A stretch of 32,000 nt of DNA. Origin: Saccharolobus solfataricus. GTDB lineage: Archaea; Thermoproteota; Thermoprotei_A; Sulfolobales; Sulfolobaceae. The notes below the pieces were generated by a model. That model was not told the origin of the DNA and ran no database searches. It saw only the letters and a list, made by a program, of their open reading frames with translations. Made by a program: the position numbers and the translations under genes. The stretch lies in assembly GCF_900079115.1 (NCBI RefSeq), contig NZ_LT549890.1, forward strand, positions 60,001 to 92,000, given 5' to 3'. This document shows positions 18,901-29,643 of this stretch, one piece after another; the first letter of the stretch is position 1; every line of letters starts with the position of its first letter.

Positions 18901-18910
18901 AAATATAAAA
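18901..18910 (-). terminator. oligo-T tract immediately after the 5S rRNA 3' end; it also looks like the TATA element of the downstream HD gene
   Basis: The minus-sense sequence is TTTTATATTT, directly abutting the 5S 3' end and about 30 nt upstream of the HD gene ATG at 18873. Confidence 0.4.
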
Positions 18911-19032
18911 CCCATCCCAGCTTAGTGGGGCTGCGGATCCTCACGGTATCCACGGCCCCACTAACGTGAGCGGCTTAACTTCCGGGTTCGAAATGAGTCC
19001 GGGTGTTGCCCGCTCACTGTGACCGGGTGGGC
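18911..19032 (-). rRNA. 5S ribosomal RNA, stand-alone (not linked to 16S/23S in this window)
   Basis: This is a 122-nt GC-rich island. The minus-sense sequence GCCCACCCGGTCACAGTGAGCGGGCAACACCCGGACTCATTTCGAACCCGGAAGTTAAGCCGCTCACGTTAGTGGGGCCGTGGATACCGTGAGGATCCGCAGCCCCACTAAGCTGGGATGGG has terminal helix I (GCCCACCC/GGGATGGG). It matches my memory of Sulfolobus 5S rRNA. Confidence 0.92.
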
Positions 19033-19049
19033 AAAAATAAGTACTCATA

Positions 19050-19066
19050 ATCAATATAAAAAATTA
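19050..19066 (-). promoter_or_regulatory. putative TATA box/BRE region for the 5S rRNA gene
   Basis: The minus-sense sequence TTTTTATATT (19053-19062) is centred about 25 nt upstream of the 5S 5' end. It directly abuts the stop codon of the 64-aa ORF. Confidence 0.45.
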
Positions 19067-19258
19067 ACTACCCTTCTTTTCCTCGGGTACTACAGCATAG
19101 ATACCCGTTATATATAGGTTACCTCCATCCTTTGGGCAAGTGCCTACTACTTTAAGTACGTAATCACCATCTTGGAAAGGTCTTTCCGTTTCGTAATCCC
19201 CATTGACACACTTAATAACCGTGTAAACGTTAACAGTTTGTTGTTGATTAGAAGACAT
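19064..19258 (-). CDS. small hypothetical protein (64 aa), beta-rich, two Cys
   Basis: Its ATG directly abuts the stop of the upstream gene (CAA TAG ATG TCT), which suggests coupled expression. I recognise no motif. Confidence 0.55.
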   Translation of the reverse strand: MSSNQQQTVNVYTVIKCVNGDYETERPFQDGDYVLKVVGTCPKDGGNLYITGIYAVVPEEKKGS

Positions 19259-20389
19259 CTATTGAGCCACCCCTGCAGTATTTCCTACACCTACTACTAC
19301 TACTATATCTCCAGGCTTAGTTCTTTCCAGAATTATCTTCTTTACTAATTCTAATGCCTTTGGCGCAGCTTGGTAAATTTCTTTCCTCATTTCTGTAATC
19401 GCTTCTTCCATGCTCATCTTTACTATTACCGCATCTATCGGTATGTTGTATTTTACGGCTACTCTCTCTATGCTTATCTTTTCAGGACCAGGATCACCCA
19501 TAGCGACTCCAGTACCTTCAGCTATAGCCCCAGTATTTTCACCTTCTAATTTTAACGCAGCATCTATGGTTATAATTCTCGTGACTTTACCTTTATATTC
19601 CTCAACCACATTCTCTACTGCTTCACCTGGCCTCCCTACTGTAGCCATGGGACCCTCAGCTTTTACGACGATTAATTTTCTACCTTCTAATTCAACCTCT
19701 CCTGCTACAGTATCTCTACTAGGATTCCATTTTTTATCAGCTTTCATAAATAGATAAGCTGCTACCAAAGGACCTAGCGAATCGCCCACTGGTATTCCTC
19801 GTATGAAAGTGTTCATAGCCTTAGAGTATGCTTCAGAGATCTTAACAAGTTGTGGAACAACAAATTGTAACTGATAAAGAAGAATAGCACTATTTAGCTT
19901 TTTAGCTAAAATCAAATAATGTCTCACTACTTTGTATATTAGGTTTAGCGAATTTACTACTTCTGCAGATACTTCCAATTTACTTCTATTAACATTATCT
20001 ATATTCGGAACCATAAGAGTTATAAGATCCCTTATCTTATCTTCTCCACTTCTAAGTAATAATCTCATCCTACTAATTATGTCCGTCGGTTCTACATTTA
20101 CTGGATCTATTATAAACATTTCAGATATTCTTTCGATAAATGGCTTTGGATCTTGAACACCTCTTTCTTTTAAAAGTTGTTCCATTTTACTTTTGGACTC
20201 ATTCAAGTATTTTTCAATCATACTTAATTGTCCCTCTATGCCTCTAGCTAACATGGATACGGTCAGCCTTGTGTTAACACCTGGCAAATACAATAGGAAC
20301 AATAAAACAAAGAACAACACGTATGTTAGAATGTAGTAAAGAGAGTTTGCTTGATTTAAAGATGTTTGTGCTAAAGCAATTAAACTCAT
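19259..20389 (-). CDS. conserved archaeal membrane-anchored protein of unknown function
   Basis: 376 aa. It has one N-terminal transmembrane helix ([21 protein letters not shown]), then a helical region. A Gly-rich C-terminal globular domain follows ([10 protein letters not shown]...[13 protein letters not shown]...[10 protein letters not shown]). I recognise no catalytic motif. Confidence 0.65.
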   Translation of the reverse strand: MSLIALAQTSLNQANSLYYILTYVLFFVLLFLLYLPGVNTRLTVSMLARGIEGQLSMIEKYLNESKSKMEQLLKERGVQDPKPFIERISEMFIIDPVNVEPTDIISRMRLLLRSGEDKIRDLITLMVPNIDNVNRSKLEVSAEVVNSLNLIYKVVRHYLILAKKLNSAILLYQLQFVVPQLVKISEAYSKAMNTFIRGIPVGDSLGPLVAAYLFMKADKKWNPSRDTVAGEVELEGRKLIVVKAEGPMATVGRPGEAVENVVEEYKGKVTRIITIDAALKLEGENTGAIAEGTGVAMGDPGPEKISIERVAVKYNIPIDAVIVKMSMEEAITEMRKEIYQAAPKALELVKKIILERTKPGDIVVVVGVGNTAGVAQ

Positions 20390-20432
20390 TTTTATCGTTA
20401 ACCTTTACTCATTCGAATTAATTAAACTTTTT

Positions 20433-21338
20433 TCAAAGAGACTTTGTAGACACTATAATTGAATCACCCTTAACTATAACGGTGTGCTCGAACTGAGAAA
20501 CTACGCCTTTCTTGATCTCAATTAAGATCGGATATCCTCTTAATGCACCTTTTTTAACTAAATTTTTTATATTATTTCTTAATTCGTCAACATTAGTAGA
20601 AAATTCCTTAAGCCATCTCTCTGAAAACGGTAAATAATTAAAACGGGTATATATAAAATCTATAAGCTCATTCTCTCTTGAAGAAAGACCTTTTATATTA
20701 GGATTTTTTAAGGAATATATTGTAATAGACTTACCTTCTACTACCTCTCCGCCACCATCAGTGGCAAATGGTTCTATCGCGTAAACAGAATCAGATTGTA
20801 TAACGCCTAATCCTCTCTCGTAAACATTGGGTATAAACACACCAGCGTGAAGTTCATAGCGTCTTATAAGATGACCTCCTAAGTTCCTTATCGGCTTATA
20901 TCCCTGAGCTCGTATCACCTTTTCAATAACCCTACCAATCTCACCTATACTTAATCCAGCTTTAAAATTAGTAATTGCAGCCTCAAGAGCAGTTTTAGAT
21001 GCATCTAATAGTCTTTGATACCTAGAGTCTAAACTAATAGTAATTGCAGTATCGCTAATAAAACCATCAATATGAGCTCCTAAATCTAACTTAACTACAG
21101 CACCTTCTGGAATTCTCTTTTCATCATTTATAGTTGGACTATAATGAGCAGCTTCCGAATTAATTGATATATTACATGGAAATGATGGAAACGCTTTATT
21201 TTCGATTATTATACTTTCAACCTCTTCACAAATATCTAAAACCTTAGCACTAGCTTTAACGTCTAATGAAACTTCATCTCTAGCCTTAGCTGCAATCTTA
21301 CCTGCTAATAAAAGCTTATTGAGTTCATCCTCAGTCAT
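20433..21338 (-). CDS. map: methionine aminopeptidase, type 2 (archaeal)
   Basis: 301 aa with the pita-bread fold pattern: [46 protein letters not shown]. Confidence 0.92.
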   Translation of the reverse strand: MTEDELNKLLLAGKIAAKARDEVSLDVKASAKVLDICEEVESIIIENKAFPSFPCNISINSEAAHYSPTINDEKRIPEGAVVKLDLGAHIDGFISDTAITISLDSRYQRLLDASKTALEAAITNFKAGLSIGEIGRVIEKVIRAQGYKPIRNLGGHLIRRYELHAGVFIPNVYERGLGVIQSDSVYAIEPFATDGGGEVVEGKSITIYSLKNPNIKGLSSRENELIDFIYTRFNYLPFSERWLKEFSTNVDELRNNIKNLVKKGALRGYPILIEIKKGVVSQFEHTVIVKGDSIIVSTKSL

Positions 21339-21391
21339 GAATGTAGTTTTCGGGGTATAAGCTTTATTTTTTTCTCATAGAAATCTTTTGT

Positions 21392-22075
21392 ATGGCACAG
21401 TTAAGATGGTTAGGCCATGCTGCAACCTTGTTGACATTCGGTAATAAGAATGTAATAATAGATCCAATGATTAAGGACAATCCATTAAGCCCAGTAAAAC
21501 TAGACTATTTTAAAAATAACTTAGATATCATTATTGTAACTCATGACCACTATGATCACTTAGGAGATACCGTAGAGTTATTAAGAATGAATCCCAAAGC
21601 AAAACTCTTTGCAACTTACGATCTAGAAGCACATTTAGCGGAGACTTATAAAATATCAGAGGAGAGCATTATACCAGCCAATGTAGGGGGATTCGTAGAA
21701 GTTGATGGAATAAAGCTGGCGTTAACTAAAGCAGTTCATTCAAGTACACATAGTGACCCAACTGGTGCAATAGTATCTGCTGAAGGAATTACCGTATACC
21801 ATGCAGGGGATACTGGATTATTTGAAGATATGAAGTTAATTGGAGAAGTATTTAAGCCTGACTACGCACTATTACCTATAGGCGGAAGATTTACGATGGA
21901 TCCTTATCAAGCGTCAATAAGCGTAGAGTTGATTAAGCCTAAGAAAGGTGCTATACCAATACACTATAATACATGGGATCTGATAAAAGTTGACGTAAAT
22001 GATTTTGTAAAACTAGTTAAGAACAAAGGATATAATCCCATAGTATTACAACCAGGCCAAACTATAACGTTGTGA
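21392..22075 (+). CDS. UPF0173-type metal-dependent hydrolase (metallo-beta-lactamase fold)
   Basis: 227 aa. It has the motifs [11 protein letters not shown] and YHAGDTG. Confidence 0.8.
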   Translation: MAQLRWLGHAATLLTFGNKNVIIDPMIKDNPLSPVKLDYFKNNLDIIIVTHDHYDHLGDTVELLRMNPKAKLFATYDLEAHLAETYKISEESIIPANVGGFVEVDGIKLALTKAVHSSTHSDPTGAIVSAEGITVYHAGDTGLFEDMKLIGEVFKPDYALLPIGGRFTMDPYQASISVELIKPKKGAIPIHYNTWDLIKVDVNDFVKLVKNKGYNPIVLQPGQTITL

Positions 22076-23478
22076 TATCAATGTTAAGTGAGAACGAAGC
22101 TAAGATACTATTTTTTTTGAAAGATCTTAAAAAAACAAATTCAGTGGAACTTGCAATAAAAATGGGCATTCCAGAAAGCTCGGTCTTAAGTTTAATTGAG
22201 TTACTAAGGGAAAAGGGTTATGTAAAAACAGAGGTAAAATCTGAAAAACATTATGTATTAACTGAAGAGGGGAGGAAAAGAAAAGAAAGTGGACTCCCAG
22301 AAGATATTTTAATAAATACGTTGAATGGACAAGAAAAAGATCTAAACGAGATAAAAAACATTCTTAATAAGGACTTTAACATCGCAATTAGTTGGGCAAA
22401 GAGAAAAGGATTAATAGATATAAAAGAAGGAAAAGTGATACCTAAAGTAAAAACTTATATGTCATCTGAATATCTTGCTCTTTCAAATCTTGAAAGAGCT
22501 GATAGTAATACAATAAATTTGCTTAAAAAAAGAGGTCTTATAGAAGAAAAGGAAAGGAAAATTGTAAGTGTAGAGTTAATAAAAGAACCTAAAGAGTCTG
22601 AGATAGGTATTTCAAATCTGAATAGAGAATTGATAATTAGTGGTGAGTGGAAGAAGTACAAGCTTAAGAAGTACAATGTAGAAGCCTTTCCTCCATATTA
22701 TACTATTAGTAAAAAACATTATTTTAGAGAGTTTTTAGAAAAAGTCAAGGATATTATGATTAGCTTAGGATTTAAAGAGATTAATACAGGGTACATTGAA
22801 ATGGAATTTTATAATTTTGATCTTTTGTTTCAACCTCAAGACCACCCTGCCAGAGAGATTCACGATAGCTTTTCAGTAGAAGGTTCAGGAAAAATAGAAG
22901 ACAAAGATTTGCTAAATAATGTAAAGGAAATTCATGAGAAATTCTGGAAGTATGAATGGAAACAAGATATTACACTAAGGCTAATGCTGAGAAGCCAGAC
23001 TACTGCTACAACTGCGAGAGTCCTAGCATCAAGACCTAAGGCTCCTCAAAAAGTCTTCACTTTAGGTAAGGTCTTCAGACCAGACGCAATAGATGCAACT
23101 CATTTGATAGAATTTCACCAATTAGATGGTGTAATTATAGACAATAATTTCACGTTTAAGGAGTTATTAGGTGTTCTGAAGGAAATATTCTATAGGTTAG
23201 GAATTAAGGAAGTTAAATTTAAACCAGCATACTTCCCCTTCACGGAACCTAGCGTAGAAGCTTACGGGTATCTGGAAAAATTAGGCTGGGTAGAGATGTG
23301 CGGGGCTGGACTGTTGAGACCAGAAATACTAAGTTCAGTTGGAATCGATAGTACAGCTGGAGCTTGGGGAATTGGAATTGAAAGACTTGCTATGAGCTTT
23401 CTCAATATTAGTGATATTAGATTACTATATTCTAACAATATAGAGTATATAAGAGATACTAAAGTGAAAATAGAGTGA
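22072..23478 (+). CDS. pheS: phenylalanyl-tRNA synthetase alpha subunit
   Basis: 468 aa. It has an N-terminal winged-helix region and a class II core ([46 protein letters not shown]). GTG 22072 overlaps the upstream stop (GTGA). An alternative ATG lies at 22081. Confidence 0.93.
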
Positions 23479-23483
23479 TATAA

Positions 23484-25118
23484 ATGGTAACTATAGTATT
23501 AAATAAATATAAATTATTAAATAAAATAGGCATAGGTCAACAGAAACTAGAGGATTTATTGTTTAACTTAAAATCAGAGATAAAACCAGTTGACGAAAGT
23601 AATATTGAAATAGAGATAAATGCTGACCGATTAGATCTACTCTCCTCTGATGGGATAGCTAGAGCGATTAAAGGCTTGTTAGAAAAAGAGCTAGGCGAAG
23701 CAAAGTATGATATTACGGATACTGAATATAAGTTAATAGTTGATAATGTAAGAACGAGACCTTACGCGTTGGCTGCTGTAATCTATAATGCTAAAATAGA
23801 CCTTCAAGAACTAATACAGTTTCAAGAAAAACTTCATAGTACCATAGGGAGAAAGAGAAAAAAGGTAGCTATAGGCATTCACGATCTAAAGAAAATAGAT
23901 TCAAAGAGGATAGAATATAGGGAAGTTCCTCTTTCCTATAAATTTATTCCATTATATGAAAAGGAAGAACTTACAATTAGCGAGGTCTTGGAAAAGACTG
24001 AGCAGGGGAAACTTTATGGAAATATTTCGATATCTAATGGAGTATCACCAGCAATAGTTCAAGAAGATGGAGAAGTACTAAGCATACCTCCAATAATCAA
24101 CTCTGATAAGACAAAATTGGACGAGAGCACAAAAGATCTCTTCATCGACGTTACTGGAACTTCCTTTGAAGCAGTTGCGCAAACCCTAGATATAATAGTT
24201 TCAAATCTAGCAGAAGCTGGAGGGACGATAGGAAGAGTAAAAGTAATAAAAACTGATAATTCCTTCCAACAATCTTCGCCCTTACTCATACATAAAATTC
24301 AGAATGTTAGAGAGGAATATGCAAATAAAATTTTAGGAATCAAAATCAGTGAAGAAGAGATATGTAAACATATAACGAGAATGAGAATGAATTGTAACGT
24401 AGAAAATGGAATCATAAGAGTTACAGTACCTCAATATAGGGTAGATATAATAAATGAAATCGATATAGTAGAGGATATTGCAATGAGTATTGGATATAAT
24501 AATCTAGAACCCTCTAAGTATATTTCGACAAACTATGGTTCTTATGATTACTTAACATTACTGGAAAGGAAAATGAGGGAATTAAGCATCGGAGCAGGGT
24601 TTGTAGAGGTATTTAACTTTGTGCTAATTAAAAATGAAAAGATACTTGATAGTAAGTATGTGAAAATTCTCAACCCTATTTCTGAGGAATATAATGCAGT
24701 AAGGAATTCGCTAATTCCAATATTATTAGATTTTCTATCTAAAAATCAGCATGCGAAATTCCCAATTAGAATTTTTGAGACCGGAGACGTGGTAATTTAT
24801 GATTCTTCGACAGATACTGGATTTAGAAATGATAAAAGGGCTGCATATGCAATAATGGACAATAAGGTAAGTTATGAAGACGTGCAAGCACCTATCCATT
24901 ACATTTTGAAAACATTAGGCATAGAAGTAAATTATAAGGAAGAAAATAATGACATTTTCATTGAAGGACGTTCAGCATCAATAGTGTATGAAAACGAGAA
25001 AATAGGGGTAATAGGTGAAATTAATCCTGACGTATTAATAAGATTTGGTATTGAATATCCTACAGTAATCGCCGAACTGTATATCACGGAGATAGCTAAA
25101 AAACTTAACAAGAGATAA
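23484..25118 (+). CDS. pheT: phenylalanyl-tRNA synthetase beta subunit (archaeal type)
   Basis: 544 aa. It lies 5 nt downstream of pheS and has B3/4 and B5 domain patterns typical of the archaeal beta subunit. Confidence 0.9.
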   Translation: MVTIVLNKYKLLNKIGIGQQKLEDLLFNLKSEIKPVDESNIEIEINADRLDLLSSDGIARAIKGLLEKELGEAKYDITDTEYKLIVDNVRTRPYALAAVIYNAKIDLQELIQFQEKLHSTIGRKRKKVAIGIHDLKKIDSKRIEYREVPLSYKFIPLYEKEELTISEVLEKTEQGKLYGNISISNGVSPAIVQEDGEVLSIPPIINSDKTKLDESTKDLFIDVTGTSFEAVAQTLDIIVSNLAEAGGTIGRVKVIKTDNSFQQSSPLLIHKIQNVREEYANKILGIKISEEEICKHITRMRMNCNVENGIIRVTVPQYRVDIINEIDIVEDIAMSIGYNNLEPSKYISTNYGSYDYLTLLERKMRELSIGAGFVEVFNFVLIKNEKILDSKYVKILNPISEEYNAVRNSLIPILLDFLSKNQHAKFPIRIFETGDVVIYDSSTDTGFRNDKRAAYAIMDNKVSYEDVQAPIHYILKTLGIEVNYKEENNDIFIEGRSASIVYENEKIGVIGEINPDVLIRFGIEYPTVIAELYITEIAKKLNKR

Positions 25119-25205
25119 TAATATAGGAGGTGGTGTCAAATTCCATTCATAATAACAGATGATATTCGTCTATACTATGAAATAAGAGGGCATGGAAAGC
25201 CTATT

Positions 25206-25901
25206 GTGCTAATTCACCATTTAGCTGGTAGTTATAAGAGCTGGAAATTCGTTATTCCAAAGCTCTCATTAGATAACACCGTGGTTGCGTATGATCTGAG
25301 AGGGCATGGTAGATCTTCAACTCCTAATTCACCTTATAATATTGAAGATCATTCCAATGACTTGAGAAGGTTATTAGTTCAGCTAGGTATAGAAAAACCA
25401 GTGTTGATTGGACACTCAATAGGTTCTTTGATTGCAATAGATTATGCTTTGAAATATCCAATAGAGAAATTAGTGTTGATTGGAGCTCTATATAGAGCGC
25501 CATCATCAGAAGTTTATGAAAAGTATGTAAGAATTGCAGTGAATTTTGGAATGAGAGCATTAGCAGAATATAGAAGATTCCACAAAGAGTTTACTGAAAC
25601 ATTAGCCAGCAACTATCAAGCGTGGAACTCTCTTTTAGAAGTATATGAGGAAACTACGCCAATAGGTTATAAAAACGCAGTGGAAGGATTATTAAAAGCG
25701 AAAGATTATTCAGATGAACTTATGGGAATAAATGCTAAGACCCTTATAGTATATGGGACTTATGACGGATTAATAGTAAATCTAAACGTATTTAAGAACA
25801 ACATGAAAAACGTAGAAATAAAAACTATAGATGGCTACGGTCACTTTCTTAATTTCGAGAACCCATTATTATTATCGGAGATCATAAAGAATTTCTTATG
25901 A
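25206..25901 (+). CDS. alpha/beta-fold hydrolase; the start codon is problematic (see finding)
   Basis: It has the nucleophile elbow GHSIGS, a candidate acid residue in YGTYDGL and a candidate catalytic His in [11 protein letters not shown]. The same frame is open back to 25122 and encodes the expected N-terminal strands, PFIITDDIRLYYEIRGHGKP, but contains no ATG/GTG/TTG before 25206. Confidence 0.75.
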   Translation: MLIHHLAGSYKSWKFVIPKLSLDNTVVAYDLRGHGRSSTPNSPYNIEDHSNDLRRLLVQLGIEKPVLIGHSIGSLIAIDYALKYPIEKLVLIGALYRAPSSEVYEKYVRIAVNFGMRALAEYRRFHKEFTETLASNYQAWNSLLEVYEETTPIGYKNAVEGLLKAKDYSDELMGINAKTLIVYGTYDGLIVNLNVFKNNMKNVEIKTIDGYGHFLNFENPLLLSEIIKNFL

Positions 25902-26676
25902 TTCCGTTTAATTTCTTTATAGCATCTAATAATTCGAACTTAACTTTCTCTATTTTCACTTTAATTTCCTCCTCTTGCTTACCACTTCCCGCTATTTGAA
26001 TTTCTAGAATAGGATGCGACATCTCATAACTTTTTGGATGCGTTTTTATATAAATATCATACTTTTTCACGAGTTCCTTAACATATGGTGCTAAGGAAGA
26101 TTCCATCACGTTCTCAACGTATATGAAATCCTCTAGATATTTCAAGTTAGACCTATTTCTTAGCATTTTGTTTATAAAATTCTCTAACACATTCTCCATT
26201 TCTCTGGGCACCCCCGGTGTCGCTAATATATCAATGTTATTATGATAAACATATATTCCAGGAGCTATTCCCTCATTATTTTCAACAGGTATAGCTCCAT
26301 AAGGCATATAAGCCATTTTCTTTCTCTCTTCCGTAATAGGAATCTTTCTGGTCATATATTTTTCCAGAATCATATCAAAGGCTGTCTTATTTAACTCCAA
26401 ATTAACTCCTAACGCTTTTGCTAAGCCTTCTGCTGTCTTGTCATCCCACGTAGGCCCAAGACCTCCAGAAGATACGATAACTCTTGGCTTTCTATCTATT
26501 GCTTCCCTAAAAGCCGATGCAATCTCATCTACCTCATCCATAACTGCAGTTATTCTTCTCACAGTGAATCCCAGTGATGTGAGTCTGCGACCGATATGCG
26601 AAGCATTCGTATTTACAGTTTTTCCACTTAATACCTCATTACCTATAGTTATGATTTCCGCGAACCAGTAATCCAT
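25882..26676 (-). CDS. CinA-like / MoCF-biosynthesis (MoaB/MogA-like) domain protein
   Basis: [27 protein letters not shown]...[16 protein letters not shown] is the CinA N-terminal (molybdopterin-binding fold) signature. I prefer the ATG at 26676 (MDYWFAEII); the ORF-track frame opens at TTG 26700. Confidence 0.8.
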   Translation of the reverse strand: MDYWFAEIITIGNEVLSGKTVNTNASHIGRRLTSLGFTVRRITAVMDEVDEIASAFREAIDRKPRVIVSSGGLGPTWDDKTAEGLAKALGVNLELNKTAFDMILEKYMTRKIPITEERKKMAYMPYGAIPVENNEGIAPGIYVYHNNIDILATPGVPREMENVLENFINKMLRNRSNLKYLEDFIYVENVMESSLAPYVKELVKKYDIYIKTHPKSYEMSHPILEIQIAGSGKQEEEIKVKIEKVKFELLDAIKKLNGIIRNSL

Positions 26677-26717
26677 AAAAATATTAACTATCGAAACCAA
26701 TTAAAACTTGAGCCTTT

Positions 26718-27923
26718 ATGTTTGAGAGATTTTTATCCACCGAAACTAAGTATTTACGTACCTCAGAAATAAGAGATCTACTAAAACTAACGGAAGGTAA
26801 GAATGTAATTAGCCTTGCGGGAGGTTTACCTGATCCTCAGACTTTTCCAGTAGAAGAAATTAAAAAAATAGCAGATGACATCTTATTGAATAGTGCTGAT
26901 AAGGCATTACAATATACTGCAACTGCTGGTATATCTGAATTTAGAAGAGAATTGGTGAACTTATCTAGATTAAGGGGAATTAGTGGAATAGATGAAAGAA
27001 ACGTCTTTGTTACAGTAGGAAGTCAAGAAGCACTTTTCATGATATTTAATATATTACTAGATCCGGGAGACAATGTAGTAGTCGAGGCGCCAACTTATTT
27101 AGCAGCTTTAAATGCCATGAGAACTAGAAAGCCAAATTTCATATCGATAACAGTAACGGAAATGGGCCCAGATCTAGATGAATTGGAGAGAAAAATAAAA
27201 GATGCCCATAGCAATGGGAAGAAGGTTAAACTGATGTATGTGATTCCAACAGCCCAGAATCCGGCGGGTACTACGATGAATACAGAGGATAGGAAAAGAC
27301 TTTTAGAGATTGCATCGAAATATGATTTCTTAATTTTTGAGGATGATGCTTATGGGTTCTTAGTATTCGAGGGAGAAAGTCCACCACCAATTAAAGCCTT
27401 CGATAAAGAAGGAAGAGTAATTTATACTAGCACATTTAGTAAAATACTTGCACCCGGTTTAAGGTTAGGATGGGTAATTGCTCATGAAGATTTCATAAAG
27501 GAAATGGAACTATATAAACAAAATGTTGATTTGCATACACCTTCATTATCACAATATATTGCAATGGAGGCTATAAGGAGGGGTATAATTCAAAATAATT
27601 TACCTAAGATAAGGAGAGTGTATAAGGAAAAAAGAGATGTAATGCTAGAGGCTATTGAAACTTATTTCCCTAATGATGCCAGATGGACTAAACCAGTTGG
27701 TGGAATGTTTGTTTTTGCTTGGTTGCCACAAAAAATAGATACTACTAAGATGTTAGAAAAAGCCTTACAAAGGGGTGTAGCTTATGTACCAGGTTCTAGT
27801 TTCTATGCTGACTATAGTGGAAAGAATACTATGAGGATCAACTTTAGTTTTCCTAAGAAAGAAGAATTAATAGAGGGAATTAAGAGGCTAGGAGATACGA
27901 TAAAGCATGAGCTCTCTACTTAA
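26718..27923 (+). CDS. PLP-dependent aminotransferase, class I/II (fold type I)
   Basis: 401 aa. The PLP lysine context is [15 protein letters not shown], and PTAQNPAG and FEDDAYG motifs are present. Substrate specificity cannot be determined from the sequence alone. Confidence 0.85.
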   Translation: MFERFLSTETKYLRTSEIRDLLKLTEGKNVISLAGGLPDPQTFPVEEIKKIADDILLNSADKALQYTATAGISEFRRELVNLSRLRGISGIDERNVFVTVGSQEALFMIFNILLDPGDNVVVEAPTYLAALNAMRTRKPNFISITVTEMGPDLDELERKIKDAHSNGKKVKLMYVIPTAQNPAGTTMNTEDRKRLLEIASKYDFLIFEDDAYGFLVFEGESPPPIKAFDKEGRVIYTSTFSKILAPGLRLGWVIAHEDFIKEMELYKQNVDLHTPSLSQYIAMEAIRRGIIQNNLPKIRRVYKEKRDVMLEAIETYFPNDARWTKPVGGMFVFAWLPQKIDTTKMLEKALQRGVAYVPGSSFYADYSGKNTMRINFSFPKKEELIEGIKRLGDTIKHELST

Positions 27924-28779
27924 AAATCTCTTCAGCGTTTATTACTACACCAGCTTTCGGTGATGGAAAAGAAACTAAAAGATCATTGGAAAATGATACT
28001 AATTCATTAAATAACTTATCATTAATTTTTTTGTCTATAAATTCGAGAACACCATCAACCTCTTTAGGAGGAATAAAGACTGTTTTAGTAGATGAAACTA
28101 CCGGCCATGTGTTCATTAGTTTAGGCATTACGATCTTAGTATTTGATTTAGAAATGTCATCTATAAAAGCTCTAATCCAAGACCTAAAGGTCGTAATTAT
28201 TATATTGTCCCACTCTTGTGAAAAGTGCCGAATCTCTTCTACCCCTACTATTTTTGGGTTAATCCCATCTTCCCTATATACAGCGACTTTACTTACCATA
28301 TCCTTTAAATAGAGTGCAGAGATTATCCCATAAAGCCCACTACCTATTATTAAGGTATTACCACTGTGTATATATTTGGGTAGTTGGAGTGCAAAACTTA
28401 CATATGGATAAAGTATATATTTTTCATTAAAACCATATTGGGGAAGGATTACTATACTGTCTAAGGGTACAGAAGCTTTTTCTGCAAGAATACCGTCTAT
28501 TTCGGTTCCAATTCCGCCATATGTCTGTGAATATGGCAAAACGAGAACTAGTTTTCCTTCTAAACTCTTGTCAATATCTAATCCCACACCTTCAATTCTA
28601 CCTATTCCAGTTGAACCGAGTATTCTAGTTGGATCCACCCACAATAATCCGACATATATTGAGTTTTCTAATCCATTTACTAGCACTCTTTTTGGCTTTA
28701 ATAATACATAATCTCTATTAACTTGTTTTTCTGGCACGTCACTTATTGTAATACCTAAATTGAATACTACTGCTTTCAT
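27916..28779 (-). CDS. medium-chain dehydrogenase/reductase (ADH-like) family protein, apparently without zinc ligands
   Basis: 287 aa. It has a GroES-like N-terminus (MKAVVF...[11 protein letters not shown]...GRIEGVG) and a Rossmann motif (IIGSGLYGI). The usual Cys/His zinc ligands are not evident. Confidence 0.6.
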   Translation of the reverse strand: MKAVVFNLGITISDVPEKQVNRDYVLLKPKRVLVNGLENSIYVGLLWVDPTRILGSTGIGRIEGVGLDIDKSLEGKLVLVLPYSQTYGGIGTEIDGILAEKASVPLDSIVILPQYGFNEKYILYPYVSFALQLPKYIHSGNTLIIGSGLYGIISALYLKDMVSKVAVYREDGINPKIVGVEEIRHFSQEWDNIIITTFRSWIRAFIDDISKSNTKIVMPKLMNTWPVVSSTKTVFIPPKEVDGVLEFIDKKINDKLFNELVSFSNDLLVSFPSPKAGVVINAEEIFK

Positions 28780-28835
28780 TTGAGGGACATAAACTCCTAC
28801 TGCTTATTAAATTTTATAATTAAATTCATTCTACA

Positions 28836-29207
28836 ATGGAAAAGGCAATTCATAATCTAGGTAAAGATGCTAGACTACATATTATTCATATCCTCTTGCA
28901 AAATAGGAGTAAAAAAGAACTTGCTGACGAGCTGGGTATAACTCCTGCAGCAATTACTAAGTACTTAAAGGGAATTACACATCCAAGTGATGAAATAATT
29001 GAAAAATGTATTGAAATTGCCAGTGAAGACGAAGAATATCATGAGATAATCAAAGTGATCGTTAGTGATATAACAGAGGCCTTGATGGAACTTCTCAGAG
29101 AAATAGGCATAGAAAAAATGATTGATAACGAGGATATACAGAAACTTAAAAAACTACTTGATAAAGCATTTGATAAAATGCTATCAACTTCTCCTAGCTT
29201 CGTATAG
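28836..29207 (+). CDS. small helix-turn-helix DNA-binding protein, putative transcription regulator
   Basis: 123 aa. SKKELADELGITPAAITKYLKG is a clear HTH, followed by an acidic helical C-terminal half. Confidence 0.65.
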   Translation: MEKAIHNLGKDARLHIIHILLQNRSKKELADELGITPAAITKYLKGITHPSDEIIEKCIEIASEDEEYHEIIKVIVSDITEALMELLREIGIEKMIDNEDIQKLKKLLDKAFDKMLSTSPSFV

Positions 29208-29576
29208 CGGACAGACAATGCAAATTTCGGAGAATTTGGAAACAACAACTCTCTTAGTACCATCATCGTTTATTACTATTACGTCACTGGGAATCCCAAG
29301 CTTACTTTCATCACTTATATTCCAAGCTTGACATACAAAGTTTATTGCATGTTTACAAGTTTTTGACTTCCATATGCCTTGAGATTTTGCTATATTGATC
29401 CAATTTAAAGTTCTAGTTATATTATCAACTAAGGCATAGAGTTTTTTATGCTCTTCATTGTTATTATCTTTCACATTTTTTAGTTCTTCCGTTAATTGCC
29501 TTATTTCTTGTTCAAGATCAGAAGTTGAAAGGAGTACAATGTTTGGTTTTAAATTATCCTCTGTAACTGAACTCAT
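29184..29576 (-). CDS. hypothetical protein with an N-terminal coiled coil and a C-terminal four-Cys region
   Basis: 130 aa. It has heptad-like LEQEIRQLTEELKNVKD, then CKHAINFVC ... CIVC (Cx7C...Cx2C), a possible metal site. It forms a divergent pair with 29644..30339. Confidence 0.55.
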   Translation of the reverse strand: MSSVTEDNLKPNIVLLSTSDLEQEIRQLTEELKNVKDNNNEEHKKLYALVDNITRTLNWINIAKSQGIWKSKTCKHAINFVCQAWNISDESKLGIPSDVIVINDDGTKRVVVSKFSEICIVCPLYEARRS

Positions 29577-29643
29577 GATAAACTACTTAATATAGTATAC
29601 CTTATAAAGAAATGTGCACATAAACTTAGCGAGGTAGTTAGAA

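Noticed and set aside
2685-25118. Clustering of four aminoacyl-tRNA synthetases with ribosomal, tRNA and rRNA genes, considered as a special translation island
   Set aside because: The genes are in separate transcription units on both strands and are interspersed with unrelated functions. This is ordinary for a compact archaeal core region and does not indicate a discrete system.
1345-29331. About twenty ORFs of 60-190 aa antisense to or overlapping the large genes: 1345-1725, 1774-2016, 3199-3420, 3723-4292, 4353-4586, 5304-5570, 9898-10098, 11427-11750, 12525-12833, 15288-15497, 15533-16093, 17204-17386, 19410-19757, 19932-20156, 22455-22676, 24059-24289, 25324-25560, 26438-26671, 27986-28312, 29039-29266 and 29122-29331
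   Set aside because: All lie entirely inside well-supported genes, on the opposite strand or in another frame. Their translations are Ser/Leu/Ile/Phe-rich and low in complexity, which is typical of shadow frames of AT-rich coding DNA.
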